NCBI GenBank assembly: GCA_964035545.1 | Contig: OZ037769.1 | Coordinates: 9,198,129 to 9,262,128 of the forward strand | Reading direction: 5' to 3' | Source of the DNA: Bugula neritina | Taxonomy: Eukaryota; Animalia; Bryozoa | Length of the DNA: 64,000 bases | Notes under the pieces: model-generated | Database searches by the model: none | What the model was told of the DNA's origin: nothing | What the model saw: the letters and a program-made list of their open reading frames with translations, nothing else | In this document: positions 1 through 14,239 of the stretch, in pieces | Layout: each line of letters starts with the position of its first letter | Numbering within the stretch: position 1 is the stretch's first letter | Made by a program: the position numbers and the translations under genes

Positions 1-1363
1 CATCTTTGCTAGGCTTAGCTTATCCTAGAGCCATAACACCCAGCAACATCTTAAGCGGATTCCGAAAGCCTGGTATTTGCCCAATAGATCGCAATGCTTT
101 TGGTGATGATGATTTTCTCTCATCATATGTTACTGATCGCCCCCAACCAAGTAACCGTGTTGAAGTCGAATGTAATGGTGTAGTAGACTCTGTTTCTGAC
201 AATTCTATCAAGCAAACTACTACTTCTGAAGGCCAGACTTTTTCATCTAGTGATTCTGCAGATACCAACAACCCAAGTGCTATCACACCGGAACAGGTAC
301 AACCATTTGCTAAAGCTGGACCCAGAAAAACCAAACAATGCAACAGAAAGAGAAAAACAACTATTCTGACCAACACTCCAACAAAGATTCAACTTGAGAG
401 AGAGGAAATGGAACGGATTGCTAGAAAAACGAAAAAACCATCAATATTGAAAAAGAGAAAGATTGCTAGAGAGGAAGATAGCAGCAGTAGTGAGGAAGAC
501 TTTGCCATACCAATTGATGATACTGATGACCCATCGAGTGAGGACGAGATGGCTGATGTGGAAGCAATAACGGCAGACAAAATTAACGTTGGAAGCTACA
601 TGTTAGCAGCACTTAGGGGGAAAGAAAAATGTTCGCCATTTTCCTGGGGTTGTCCACTCTATTCAACGTGACGAAGATACAGCTGTAATATCATTCTATA
701 AGAGCGTAAGGAACATTTATTGTACCAGTGCAAGAAGATGTGGCTACAGTTGATATTTGCGACCTGGTGCTTCTGTTACCTACCCCAACAAGTTCTGGTG
801 GTACTGAGCGCACATGTAAAAAGCTCACATTCAACATTGATTTATCGCAGTATATGCAAGATTGAAGGTCTACCGTCTACAACACTCCTTACAAACTATA
901 GTTCTGGTCAACAGAATTTAGTGAATGCATTATATTAGGTTCATTATTATATCCGAACATTGCTTATTGCTTAGTGAATGTATGGACATGTTATATGTAA
1001 AATATCAATCACATCATGTTTTTAATGCTGTTATGTTACATAGAGTGCACAATATGCTTACATTTTAATAACAAAAAAAGTCCTGTGTGGTTCAAACAAA
1101 ATTGTTTCTTTTGGTCCAAAGCGCCTTATAGGGGGGGGGGGGGTTCAAACTACTCCTACTATGGGGCAGTTCGGACCTTTTGAGAAGACATTTTTAATTG
1201 ATTGTGACCAGGAGAAAATAGAGAAGTTTAATTATCTAAGTGTTTCATAGATAGCACAACATGTAAAACTAACATATTTTCTCGTTAAATTGTGCATATC
1301 ATCAATAGCGTGTTCAAAATATGTAAAAAACTCAAAAACGCTCCAGACTGCCCCACTTACCCC
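1..1363 (+). mobile_element. 3' part of a pogo/Tigger-like (Tc1-mariner superfamily) DNA transposon; frameshifted transposase C-terminus and right TIR
   Basis: ORF 6-671 begins AYPRAITPSNILSGFRKPGICPIDRNAF, the motif typical just after the DDE_1 domain, then a basic/acidic tail; coding continues in another frame to ~865. Terminal GCTCCAGACTGCCCCACTTACCCC ends at 1363 and is followed by TA; an internal inverted echo TGGGGCAGTTCGGAC lies at ~1162. Confidence 0.7.
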
Positions 1364-1379
1364 TATATATCCGGTCTAT

Positions 1380-2900
1380 TGTAAATTGTAACAGGCACAC
1401 ATACCAGCGTGGTTTTATTCAGTTGTTGAATAAGACTTTGTGAAAACAACAAGCTGGCGACGATCAATTGTTTGTATAATTATTTTGAGCTTAATACCTT
1501 TCCTAAACTACACCCATAGGCAACATTAGTTAATTTAAACACAACACTAAAGATTGGTTTATTTACGAGACCAGATTCACATCACTACGGATAGTTAATG
1601 AGATTGAAGGGGATAAACAACAAGAAGCAGCTTTTAATGCATGCCTGGAAGTGAAGCTGTGAGTCTATTAGTAAGCCTATCAGTTCCTACATTAATAAGT
1701 GATGTGACTTATACTGGCTTGCTCAAGTTGTTTGATCATCATTTTGGAGCTAGAAATGAGGTAGCTGAAGCCTACGTATTTGATACTCATACTCAATCAC
1801 CTACTGAACCAATGTCTGACATTGTACTGGCTCTTAAAACACTGTTTACTCACTGCAACTTTGGACTTACTGAGCAGGTGAAACAGAAGTTATGCAACAG
1901 GCATGTGGCTGGTGTCAGATCTGACACTATTAGACAGACATTAATAAGAGAGGGTGCAACTCCTACATGTGACAATCATGTGACATTGGCAACACAAATG
2001 AACGATTATCAGTCGAGTGCTATGGCTAAACAATCACTGCCACCAGAACCTGTGAATGCAATTTATTCTGAAAGACAATCCACCATGAGAGGTCCTCATG
2101 CATCAAAGTCCCAGGCTTCCAACAGTCACAGAGCCCCACGCCTGGGACCGCCATTACCCGCAGTTGGGTATTCATAACAAAAAATGTTGATGTGGTAGAG
2201 GCCATCATTCAGCTAGATGCAGATTTAAAGATGCCAATTGCCACTCTTGTGGAAAAAGAGGGCACATTAAGCCCATGTGTAATGTAGAGAGAGTCCAAAC
2301 AAATATTGCACAGCAATATCATTCTGAAAATTATGTACATTCATATGAAAGGTGATTTAGCATCAGAAATGGTTAATATTAAAATAGCCAACACTCTTAT
2401 GGCAGCAAAATCTAACTTTTCTAATCCATATTCTGTTACTTCAAAGATTAATGATGCTAGTGTTAATATGGAAATTGACACCGGTGCTTCAGTCTCATTT
2501 ATTCCCTATTCTATGTATCAGAAACATTTTAGCAATGTAAAACTTTCACCTTCTAATGTAAAATTTTGTAGCTTCACTGGAGATGTGGTGAATTGCGAAG
2601 GTAAAATAGAAGTAAACGTCAAGCATTTTGGCCAGGCTAAACGAATATGGCTTCATGTGCTTGGTGCTTCAGAGTTCGCCCTGTTGGGAAGAGACTGGCT
2701 GGGAGAGTTTCAAATTAATTGGCGGGCCATTAAGAGTGTGTTAAGCTCATAGGTAAATGGTATTACTAGCTATGTATCTTGATATTTTCAAAGGTCAAGG
2801 TTTGTTGAAAAGTCCCCCAGTTAAACTTGAGTTGGTTGATGGCACTACCCGCAAACTCTCTAAACCTTACAGAGTGCCTATTGCACTTCAGTCTGTAGCA
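1380..2900 (+). mobile_element. Degenerate Ty3/Gypsy LTR retrotransposon 5' part (LTR end, PBS-like site, gag, aspartic protease)
   Basis: ...ACAACA followed by TGGCGACGA (~1456); gag-like DWFIYETRF and ORF 1641-2177; protease MEIDTGASVS...LLGRDWL in ORF 2306-2752; stops and frameshifts. Confidence 0.75.
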
Positions 2901-3400
2901 GCATTATTTCAAAAATCCGGAAACAACTTGTAAGGATATACCTCCCGGCAATATTATCAATTATGACGAGACAGATCTTTCAGATGACAGGAAGAACAAA
3001 ATGTTCTTTTCAGAGAGGCTCAAATTACCCAGAAAGTGCAATGCACAGTAGCAAGAGTGCAACAAGTATGCTTGCAGGCTCATCATTAGGTGAACTGCTA
3101 CCTACATATGTGGTGTACAAGGCTGAACAGATGAGAGATGAGGGACCCATGGACATTTTGGGTCTATCTGACACTGACTAAAACCGCACCAAATCTGGTT
3201 GGCTTGAGGCGCCATGTTTTGAAGATTGGTTTCGGTGCATTGCCTTGCCATATTTGAAAAAAAAAAGAAAGGGGCAAAAGTTTTAACTGGAGATAACTTG
3301 AGCTTAAATTTTAACAAAGATGTGCTTAACTTATACCAACAGCACCAAATCAAGATTTTGTGCATTTCAAAAAATATGACATGCTCTGTTGCTACGCCTT
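2900..3400 (+). pseudogene. pogo-like DDE_1 transposase fragment (second family)
   Basis: Broken frames give MHSSKSATSM..GELLPTYVVYKAE, SGWLE..FEDWF and KVLTGDNLS, which match DDE_1 core motifs. Confidence 0.65.
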
Positions 3401-3779
3401 CTGTCCCATGAGAAAAAACACAAATCGCTCATATCTGCTTACGATGAACTTATAAACGATAGACTCACTAACGCTTCAATTATCAAAGCAGTGTCTCGGG
3501 GAGATCCTTTCACAATATATGCAAAAAATCAGTGTACTATAACAGTTTCTTACCAAAGACAGTTCGTGAAACCAAAGCTAAGCTAGGGTCACAGTAATAA
3601 CCTCTAACTCATAACACCACTGTGCAAAATAGTCGTAAGACAACAGGTTTGAATAACATGCTGGCTAAGAATTGAGGCATACTTTTGTTTTAATAGCTTA
3701 TGTTTTAATACCTGCTAAAGAAGAGGAAGTGGTTACTATATATGTGCCTAAAACAGATATTCCAAGCCTCAATTGACTC

Positions 3780-3935
3780 GGGGAAAGTTACCCGCCCAGT
3801 AAAAGCTTGTATATGTCACCCCAGTGCACAAAGGCAGAGCTAAGCTGACAGCAAGTAATTATCGCCTCACATAACTTACTAGCATCCCATGCAAAATGAT
3901 GGAACACATTGTACTTTATTATTTGAGTCAACATG
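3780..3935 (+). pseudogene. Short LINE reverse transcriptase fragment
   Basis: PVHKG..ASNYRL..LTSIPCKMMEHIVLYYL resembles the RT N-terminus of the LINE at 23870-27730. Confidence 0.55.
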
Positions 3936-3939
3936 AGAA

Positions 3940-4230
3940 AAATACTCAACAGTTCATTCCAGACTACAAGACCAAAAACTAAATATTGTTGTGCAAGGTA
4001 AGAGAACCGTTGGCGAGTACTACGTAGAGATAGCCGCAGCATGCCAATTGCCATACGCTGATGTCCCCAAAATTCACTGGAACAAATTCCTTCTCAATAA
4101 GTTTACAAAAGGGAAAAGAGATCATATATGTCGAGTGGTAGACTTAAAAAGCAGTTTATCTTTAAAGCAAGCAATAGTTAAAGCAAAGAAGGCAGAGCTC
4201 TCTGAAATTCCGCTAAAGATTACCTTTCCT
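3940..4230 (+). pseudogene. Retrotransposon gag-like fragment
   Basis: QGKRTVGEYYVEI...LLNKFTKG resembles the Gag major homology region (QG..SV.EY). Confidence 0.4.
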
Positions 4231-4239
4231 AAACTAGTC

Positions 4240-5715
4240 GCTCACTAAATGAGCTGTGAGATAGAGCCTCAGACAACAAATTGCAGACTTGAGAGAGTTG
4301 GTAGAAAGCTAAACTTGTTCTAAGAAAGAATAACTCCCAAGCAAATCCGTATCTACATGGAGGATTGTAACTTTTTTGTAGAGAATCAGCATAGTTTTGT
4401 GAAAAACCGAAACACAACTGGTGCAATAAATTTTAGAATGCTTTAAAATCTTTACCATAATCTAGATTGCGGAATGATGACACATGGTATGTTTGTGGAT
4501 TTCTCGAAGGCTTTTGATACACTTGATCACTGAATCTTGATTGAGAAATTCTAATTTTATAGTTTTTCTAAATCAGCCATTACCTTCGTAGAGAGTTATC
4601 TTTCAAATAGAAAACAGTTTGTCAATAACAGTAACATTCTATCAACTACTCAACAGGAAAATATTGGGGTGCCTCAATGCTCCATTCTTGGACTGCTGCC
4701 GTTTTTAATTTTTATTAATGATTTAGCAGAAAATATCCCAACTTCAGAAACTATAATGTTTGCTGATCATATCAGTGTTTTCTCCACAGATATTATGGAA
4801 TTACAGCATGGAATTAATAAAATCAGTCAATGATGTGTAGCTAAGAAACTTATATTAAATTCACAAAAAAACCTGGTTTTATGCATTACATAAATTCCCG
4901 GAAAAATCTGTTAAAATCTTTTAATCCTATAGTTTTGAACAACATGCCTATCTTAAATGCAAATTGTACTCAATTGTTAGGAATTGTTTTAGATTAACAT
5001 ATTCCGTTTAGTAAACATACAGTAAAGATCTGCAATAAACTAATTTATAATGTAATTTTAATGATGAGACATGTAGGACAGTACGTTAACAAAAAAACTA
5101 TGATTGACATTTGTTATTCATTTTTTATCTCTACATTTAATTTATGGTTTAGTTTTGGGGTCACGCTAGTACTTCAGAGCTAGATAAAATTTTGATTTTG
5201 CAAAAAAAGCATTGAGAATAATTCTAAAAATAAAACCAAGTGAAACAGTGGTAAGCAATTTTGTCATCTTAAAAATCATGCCCATTAAAATGCTATTTAA
5301 ATTCTGATACCTTTTACATTTCATTACAATATACTACCTTATAGCAAAATCATAATTATGAGAAGAGATTGAAAGTCAGCAATGCAATTAAAACTAACAA
5401 ATTTAAAACAAACAAAAGGCAAAGGTCTATGTTATTTATGGCTGCAAAGTTGTTTAATAAATATTTATACGATTTTGAGAGCACGGTTTCTGAGGTAGTA
5501 AAGGTAAGGTTAACGGAATGTCTATGGGCGTAGTATGGTGCTGCTGGTGCGAATGAGGCCTCTTTGCTGGACTGATGAAAAGTCGGGACTGTTTCGTTAC
5601 TAGCTTCAAGCTATCGGACAGCACCATTTTGCTTCTTTTTCTTTGTACTCCTTTTTTTCTGTATTAACTGTTAGCAGCAATAAACTGACAACAACAAAAA
5701 CAAGAAAATACAACA
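4240..5715 (+). mobile_element. 5'-truncated degenerate CR1/L2-group LINE (RT and 3' end)
   Basis: FVDFSKAFDTLDH (~4492), GVPQCSILG..FLIFINDL (~4667), MFADH (~4757); AATAAA and a (CAA)n/A-rich tail at ~5679-5715. Confidence 0.75.
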
Positions 5716-7409
5716 ACAGGCCATAACAAAAATTTTAAACACTTACAGGAATGCACAAAGTAACCGGACCTCTGCTCCAGCAGCAGATAGTCAAAAGACA
5801 AAACATCATGAATCTACCTGTTACAGCTGTAACCAAAAAAAGGACACTGGGCACGAGAAAGTTACTTAAAGTGGATCAAACTGAAAAAATGAATGACAAA
5901 GAATATGCTAAGTATATCTTAACTAGGCCACCTGAAGATACAGATTTTGTGAATATCTAAATCAAAGGAGTTTTACTAACCGGAATTGTAAGAATCCACA
6001 AAAAACAACAAAGCAAATAATAGTTTCTTGCCTCATATTTTTCTTTTAGCTATGTGCTTGCCATATAGAACTGTGATTCTCACTTTTATAGACTCTACCA
6101 TGCCACTGCTGCCAAGTAATTAAAAACTAGTAAGTCTTGCACTTACAAAAGATGTCAACTGTTTTTCTGTCTCCACATGGGAAAACTCTAATGGGTTTTG
6201 GGGGTTGCCCTAAACCTAACACAACACAGTTACTGTTAGTTTTTTGCCACTATTTACCAAACAACATAAAAAGTTATGTGTATGTCATCTGGATCCACCA
6301 ACTTCAGTTACATGCAGACTGTCATAAAGTCATGATGTGAAAACCTATATATAACTCTGAGTATACCAGAGGTATGTTACTTTTTAATTTCTTAATTCTA
6401 ATTCAACTTCTAATTTTTCATTGCTATATTCTAAAAATATTTCAAAATATGTAATCCATGGATCGTTTTACTACTACATTTTGAATGCATATACATGAAA
6501 ACCCTTTTAAATAGACAGTAGTTGCTATGTACCGATATAACTTGTAACAATGCAATTTGTTTGGTATTATTCACAATGCCTTTTTTTAACAATTACAGGT
6601 TTCACGGACCTTTATGGACTTGTTGGGACATTCAATGGATTGACAAAAATAAATGAGAGTAACAGTTCTTTGAGAAGTCTGCTAGATATTTCTAGTTAAA
6701 TAAATACTGCAAATAACTCTAAGGCTAAAGTTCCTTGAGAACTTTATAGAAATCAAGACAATGCTTTTCACTACTTTACATACACAACTCTTCAATAAGT
6801 AATTTGCTAAATACTAAAGTCTATGAAACATACTATGCATTAGGTGATATAAACATTTGTTTGGCACCTATAAATAAAGATTAAACGAAATACATAATTG
6901 GCTATAAAAAATAATTTCTTAGTACAAATATAATTGTTTAGAATTACTTAAGGACAGTAATTACTTAGTAAATGCACTAGTATAAGAAAACTGAAAACGA
7001 TTTGCTATTTTTAGGGGGTATATAGGCAGTATTAAGTTGAATTTAAAATAAAAAACAAATAATAACGTAAAAGTAAAAAACCATTAAATATATACCTTTT
7101 ATTTAGTAAGAAACATTAAAATGTGCACTAAGTCTAGTAAAACTGGAAAAATGTTGTGAAAATTTGATGTTTGACTACAGAAATTAAAAAAAAGGTCAAT
7201 AAGGTGCCAGCGTTACCAATTTTTTTACTGTAAACTCTTTGAAAGAGTTGTTTTTGTTTATAAGTTTTATTCTTTTTTGTGTAATGTCATCATGATCATG
7301 AATTGGACAAGTGCAAACATACAGTCAATAGATGATATTCATATTCTTGATAATATTAATAGTAATACTATTAGGCCTACTACTAGTACTACTACGAGTC
7401 CCAGTGGTG

Positions 7410-8512
7410 ACTAGTCAATATTCCGAAGGCCCATTACTCCGGAGTTCCATTATTCCGAAGGTGCAATGGTCCGAAGGTGCATTATTCCGAAGGTGCATTA
7501 GTCCGAAAATTAGTAGAAAATTAGTATTATATCACTGGGAATAACATAAACTTCACTCACAATCTTGCTATATTATTGCTAGCTGTGGGTGGCATGCATG
7601 GGGCCTACTTGTAATTTTTCAGCCTGAGATTACGCTATGATGCTGCCTCAATTAAGGGCCGCATCATCTATCAACATTCCATTGTGGCAAGCTATTCACT
7701 AGCCTGTCAGCTAGCAAGCCTGTAATTAGTAACCTATGCATTAGTATCTCCTCATCTCCAAGTGTTCACTGAAGTATGAAGTGTTGTGCAAGGGTGATAT
7801 AATTAGTGTTTTCATTTCACAGTTTATATAAAAATGACAGCTATAAGCAATGAACTCAAAATATTCAGTTCAATGGCTATAGTGAATGCAATTCTATTCT
7901 AGTTACAGTCAGTCAGCTTATATAGGCCCTTCATATGTTGACTATTAACTGAAAAACTAAAGTAAAAAAGAATTAAAGCCAAGCAGACATTTTGGGTCTA
8001 CTGTACTGTATTTATGATAAGTTTGGTAAAAGTTTACCTCATATTTTATAAAAAATAGTTTGCATTTGAAGTTGGTGTCAAAAAATTATTGGTATTGATT
8101 GAAATAGTAAATTTCTGGCTTGGCAGTTCATTATTTGATATCACAAATTTAATGTCTAAAATTATCTGTAAGCTGCTAAACTGCATTATTCTATGCTATT
8201 ATTCTTAATATCAGTAAATACAAACATTGGAGAAAAAATAATAAACATTTTGCACGCTACTCTAAAATTAAATAACCAAAGCTGCACACCAAACCAAACA
8301 ACCCCACAAGATCTGTAGATGAGGCCAACATTATTAGTATATAAGAGTTCAGGTCTGCCAAATAAAACCTCACCTAAACTAAAATTTGAAAACCATGTTG
8401 TAGATTTTCCTGTTGCTCAGAGCAACTATTTTGAAATGTTCAATAAATAATTTTAATTCTAATAATGATTCTACTAATTTTCGGACTAATGTACCTTCGT
8501 AATATTGCTCCG
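7410..8512. mobile_element. Non-autonomous DNA element with repetitive TIRs (~20-bp TCCGAAGG units)
   Basis: Tandem TATTCCGAAGGTGCA-type units at 7415-7518; inverted copy TTCTACTAATTTTCGGACTAATGTACCTTCGTAATA at 8469-8504. Confidence 0.55.
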
Positions 8513-8719
8513 TCCCCCCCCCCCCCTGAGTCCCATAGCTATAGACTTACACTTATAAAGCTAAAGTTTTCAGTGTAACCACGGCATATTATTACTATTA
8601 TGTAAGAGTAATGGCATTTTATTACCAGATTACTAACCCTAGGCACTAGCACTAGTACTATTTAAATTGTATTTATAATCAGTGATCAACATTGCAAAAA
8701 GAAATTACTTATAAATTAT

Positions 8720-9220
8720 AATACTAATACTAATAGTAACAATAAAATTGATATTACATTTACTCATATTACTATTAGTATTACTATAATAGTATTAGAC
8801 TTAGTATTAGTATTACTATTAGCAGTAGTACTAGTACTAGAAGTACAGTATTAGTATTACCGCTACGTCTACTAATACACTAACACTGTGCAGATACTAG
8901 GGGTAGTACTACTACTACTGTACTACTACTAGTACTAGACCGTATAAGAACTACTAAGTACTAGTACTACTACTACTACTAGTACTACCACCACTACTAC
9001 TAGTACTATTAAACTTAGTACTAGTAGTACTAGTAGTAGCACCTGCACTGGTAGTAGTAGTACTACTACTAGTAATACTAGTACAGTAGTAGTAGTACTA
9101 CTACTACTAGTAGCTGTAGTCAGTAGTGAGTAGTGTCAGACTGAGACTCAGAGTCAGTGTGAGTGTCAGTGTGCTACTGGTAGTACCCGTAGACGTAGTC
9201 TTAGGCTAGTAGAAAGTTAA
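8720..9220. repeat. Low-complexity (TAC/TAG/AGTACT)n region
   Basis: Dense interleaved TAG/TAC trinucleotides with palindromic AGTACT/ACTAGT words. Confidence 0.8.
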
Positions 9221-9916
9221 TTACTCGTTAGTGACTATCAGATATAAATACTTATAGAGATTGCAACGACTGTATCATCTATTAACTCAACTACAAAAGG
9301 GAATTACTAACAGCCACTATATTTAATTATCAGTTTCAGTTTGACTCCAAGATATTTCCATTTTATATCTTCAAAGCATGAACGAATTATTTGGTGCGGA
9401 TCTATTATTATAACTGCTTCCACCTTTTAATTTTTCCCGTTGTAATGGAAATCAGGGTGGTATATATTAGGAGTGTTGACATTAGGAAATCTTACGGAAT
9501 CATATGGGCGCCATTATGCCGAGATTGGTACCGCGAGTTTATATAAGTTATAAAGGAAAAATTTTGCAACCTTTTTTATTTAATTTTTTTCCATTTCATG
9601 TGTACATTTTTTATAGTTTTATTTATTGATAAAGTTTTTAAAGACATTTTCATTACAGACAAAATTAAAAGAAAAATTAAAACTCACTCATGCACGTAAA
9701 TATAAAGCTATAAAGTTTAAGCTTCGCTGTGATTACAATGTGAATGTGAATTGAATAATGCTTTCAATAACCATTTTACACAAAATACGTTACAGTTGCT
9801 ATAAATGTAAGACTAGTAAATTGGATGCAGAAAGGTACGGTAATATTACTTAATTTATACTATTTTTAAAATTTGTAGTAAATATTTGGCATGTATAATA
9901 TATATATATATATATA

Positions 9917-9978
9917 GCAATCTGTGGACAGCAGCTGTTTCGGGGTTTGTCCCCTCATCAGCACAGAACAGAGCACCA
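9917..9978 (-). ncRNA. Type I hammerhead ribozyme, family A (left arm of an inverted pair)
   Basis: Minus strand reads CTGTG-CTGATGA-GGGG ACAAA CCCC-GAAA-CAG CTG CTG-TC-CACAG: intact core with GUC cleavage triplet. Confidence 0.85.
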
Positions 9979-10002
9979 TATATATATATATACATATATA
10001 TA

Positions 10003-10063
10003 TGGTACTCTGTTCTGTGCTGATGAGGGGACAAACCCCGAAACAGCTGCTGTCCACAGATTG

Positions 10064-10064
<1 letters not shown>
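10003..10064 (+). ncRNA. Type I hammerhead ribozyme, family A (right arm of the inverted pair)
   Basis: CTGATGA at 10020-10026, stem II GGGG/CCCC, GAAA, stem III CAG/CTG, GTC at 10052-10054, stem I CTGTG/CACAG. Confidence 0.85.
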
Positions 10065-10132
<68 letters not shown>

Positions 10133-10133
10133 C

Positions 10134-10635
10134 CTCAATCTGTGGACAGCGGCTGTTTCGGGGTTTGTCCCCTCATCAGCACAGAACAGAGTACCATGGC
10201 CCACACCTTCGCAATACTAGAAACTTATGTTTCTACTAAAGCATATTTAAAAGGTGTGTAAACTCAAGCCAGAGTGCTCAAGTGACTCTAGGGGTCACCT
10301 AGGAGTCACGAGCCTTGCAAAATGCTAGCAGCTTGAGTTTGTGACCATGGTGAGAGAGCTCAATCACTGAATGTCATTGCTGAGCATTAAGTGAGAGCAT
10401 AATACCTCAATCTGTGGACAGCAGCTGTTTCGGGGTTTGTCCCCTCATCAGCACAGAACAGAGTACCATGGCCCACACCTTCGCAATACTAGAAACTTAT
10501 GTTTCTACTAAAAAAGCATATTTAAAAGGTGTGTAAACTCAAGCCAGAGAGCTCAAGTGACTCTAGGGGTCACCTAGGAGTCACGAGCCTTGCAAAATGC
10601 TAGCAGCTTGAGTTTGTGACCATGGTGAGAGAGCA
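10134..10635 (-). mobile_element. Tandem ~272-bp retrozyme-like / Penelope pLTR-like units, each carrying a family A hammerhead
   Basis: Unit 10134-10405 is followed by a near-identical partial unit to ~10635. Two intact hammerhead cores, with predicted cleavage at 10145/10144 and 10417/10416. Confidence 0.8.
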
Positions 10636-10657
10636 ATTTAATTATATAGATGTTGTT

Positions 10658-10708
10658 TTATTGCACTATTAATAGTTTCATGCCTCTTCGGCACTCCTCA
10701 GGTACAAT
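10658..10708 (-). ncRNA. Decayed type I hammerhead, family B, inverted in front of a Penelope RT fragment
   Basis: Minus strand: TATTGTAC-CTGAGGA-GTGCC GAAGA GGCAT-GAAA-CTATTAA-TA-GTGCAATA. A partial sister copy at ~32728-32780 retains CTA T TAG-TA. Confidence 0.6.
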
Positions 10709-10709
10709 A

Positions 10710-11122
10710 TTGACGAATTTAAATTTTTTTACATGCCAAAAAATTCACTACTCTTCAACTCTGGAAAGGCATGGGGAAAACATAACCACAACCTCTTCGA
10801 CGTGACAATGGGAGGATACGACGGCGCAGAAACATGCGAACTAGTTGGGGCGTACATTTTAAACTCAGTAACACTAAAACATGGCAAAAACTTCAGCCTG
10901 TACAGGGATGACGGCTTAGGAGTCTCCGCCAAAACACCCAGAGAAATGGAGAACATAAAAAAGGACATCTGCAAAATATTTTCTGAAAATGGATTAAAAA
11001 TAACAATCGAAGCAAATAAAAAAATTATTAACTTCTTAGACACCACGTTCAACCTAAACAATAAAACCTACACACCATACACTAAGCCAAACAGTTCTAC
11101 TAAATATATTCATAACAAATAA
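10710..11122 (+). pseudogene. Penelope-like element reverse transcriptase fragment
   Basis: FDVTMGGYDGAETCELVG, LYRDDGL, INFLDTTFNL, PYTKPN..YIH are characteristic Penelope-like RT motifs; truncated at both ends. Confidence 0.85.
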
Positions 11123-11124
11123 GA

Positions 11125-13155
<2,031 letters not shown>

Positions 13156-13460
13156 TGTTGTAATTTCCAGTTTTTGGGTTGATGTGCAATCAAGAGAGTC
13201 TATTTAGTGCGAGAGAACTTTACCAAGATAAACCGAGTTAATAAGAGTATATTTTAAGCATAATAATACATAATAAAACGATACAAAACATTCAGGAATC
13301 TACACGTCTATTTAATCTATTATACTATCCAAGACTGACTAGTAGCGCGAAGCTAACTACTGCTACTCACTAGCAGCTTCGCTAATTGGCTGAGTACATT
13401 GTTCCGGGTCAATACGTGACCCTGCGTATTGTGCTGTTGGTAGCTCCACGAGCCACCACA
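13156..13460 (-). mobile_element. Solo LTR inserted in (TA)n
   Basis: Minus strand TGTGG...ACAACA termini; ATAT on both flanks (4-bp TSD); terminus similar to other Gypsy LTRs in this window. Confidence 0.65.
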
Positions 13461-13513
13461 ATATATATATGTATATATATATATAAATATATATATATGT
13501 TTATATGTGTGTG

Positions 13514-13561
<48 letters not shown>

Positions 13562-14239
13562 TGTGTGTGTGTGTATGTATATATACATATTATACATGCT
13601 AAATATTTATTACAAATTTCAAAAATAGCCTAAATTAAGTAGTATTATCGTGCCTATTTGCATCCAATTTACTAGCCTTACATTTATAGCAACTGTAACA
13701 TATTTTGTGCAAAATGGTTATTGCAAGCATTATCCAATTCATATTCACATTGTAATCACAGCGAAGCTTAAACTTTATAGCTTTGTATTTACGTGCATGA
13801 GTGAGTTTTCATTTTTCTTTTAATTTTATGTGCATTGAAAATGTGTTTAAAAACTTTACCACTAAACAAAACTAAAAAAATGTACACATAAAATAGAAAA
13901 AAAATAAAATAACAAAAGTGGCAAAATTTTTCCTTTATAACTTATATAAACTCGCGGTATCAATTTCGGCATAATGGCGAACATATGATTCTGTAAGATT
14001 TCCTAAAGTCAACACTCCTAATATGTATCACTCTGACGGAAATCAGAGTGGTATATATAAGAGTGTTGACTTTAAAGCATGAAAAGTCATTATGCCGCGA
14101 TAAGTACCGCGAGTTTATAAAAGTTATAAAGGAAAAGTTTTGCCACTTTTGTTATTTTATTGTTATTTTTATTTTATGTGTACATTGTTTAGTTTTGTTT
14201 ATTAATAAAGTTTTTAAACACCTTTACACGCATATAAAA

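Noticed and set aside
5751-5960. 69-aa Lys-rich ORF
   Set aside because: No recognisable motif or supporting exon structure.
9866-10261. ORFs with YIYIYI runs (also 12962-13628, 18762-19019, 32721-32981)
   Set aside because: (TA)n microsatellites plus the non-coding hammerhead unit.
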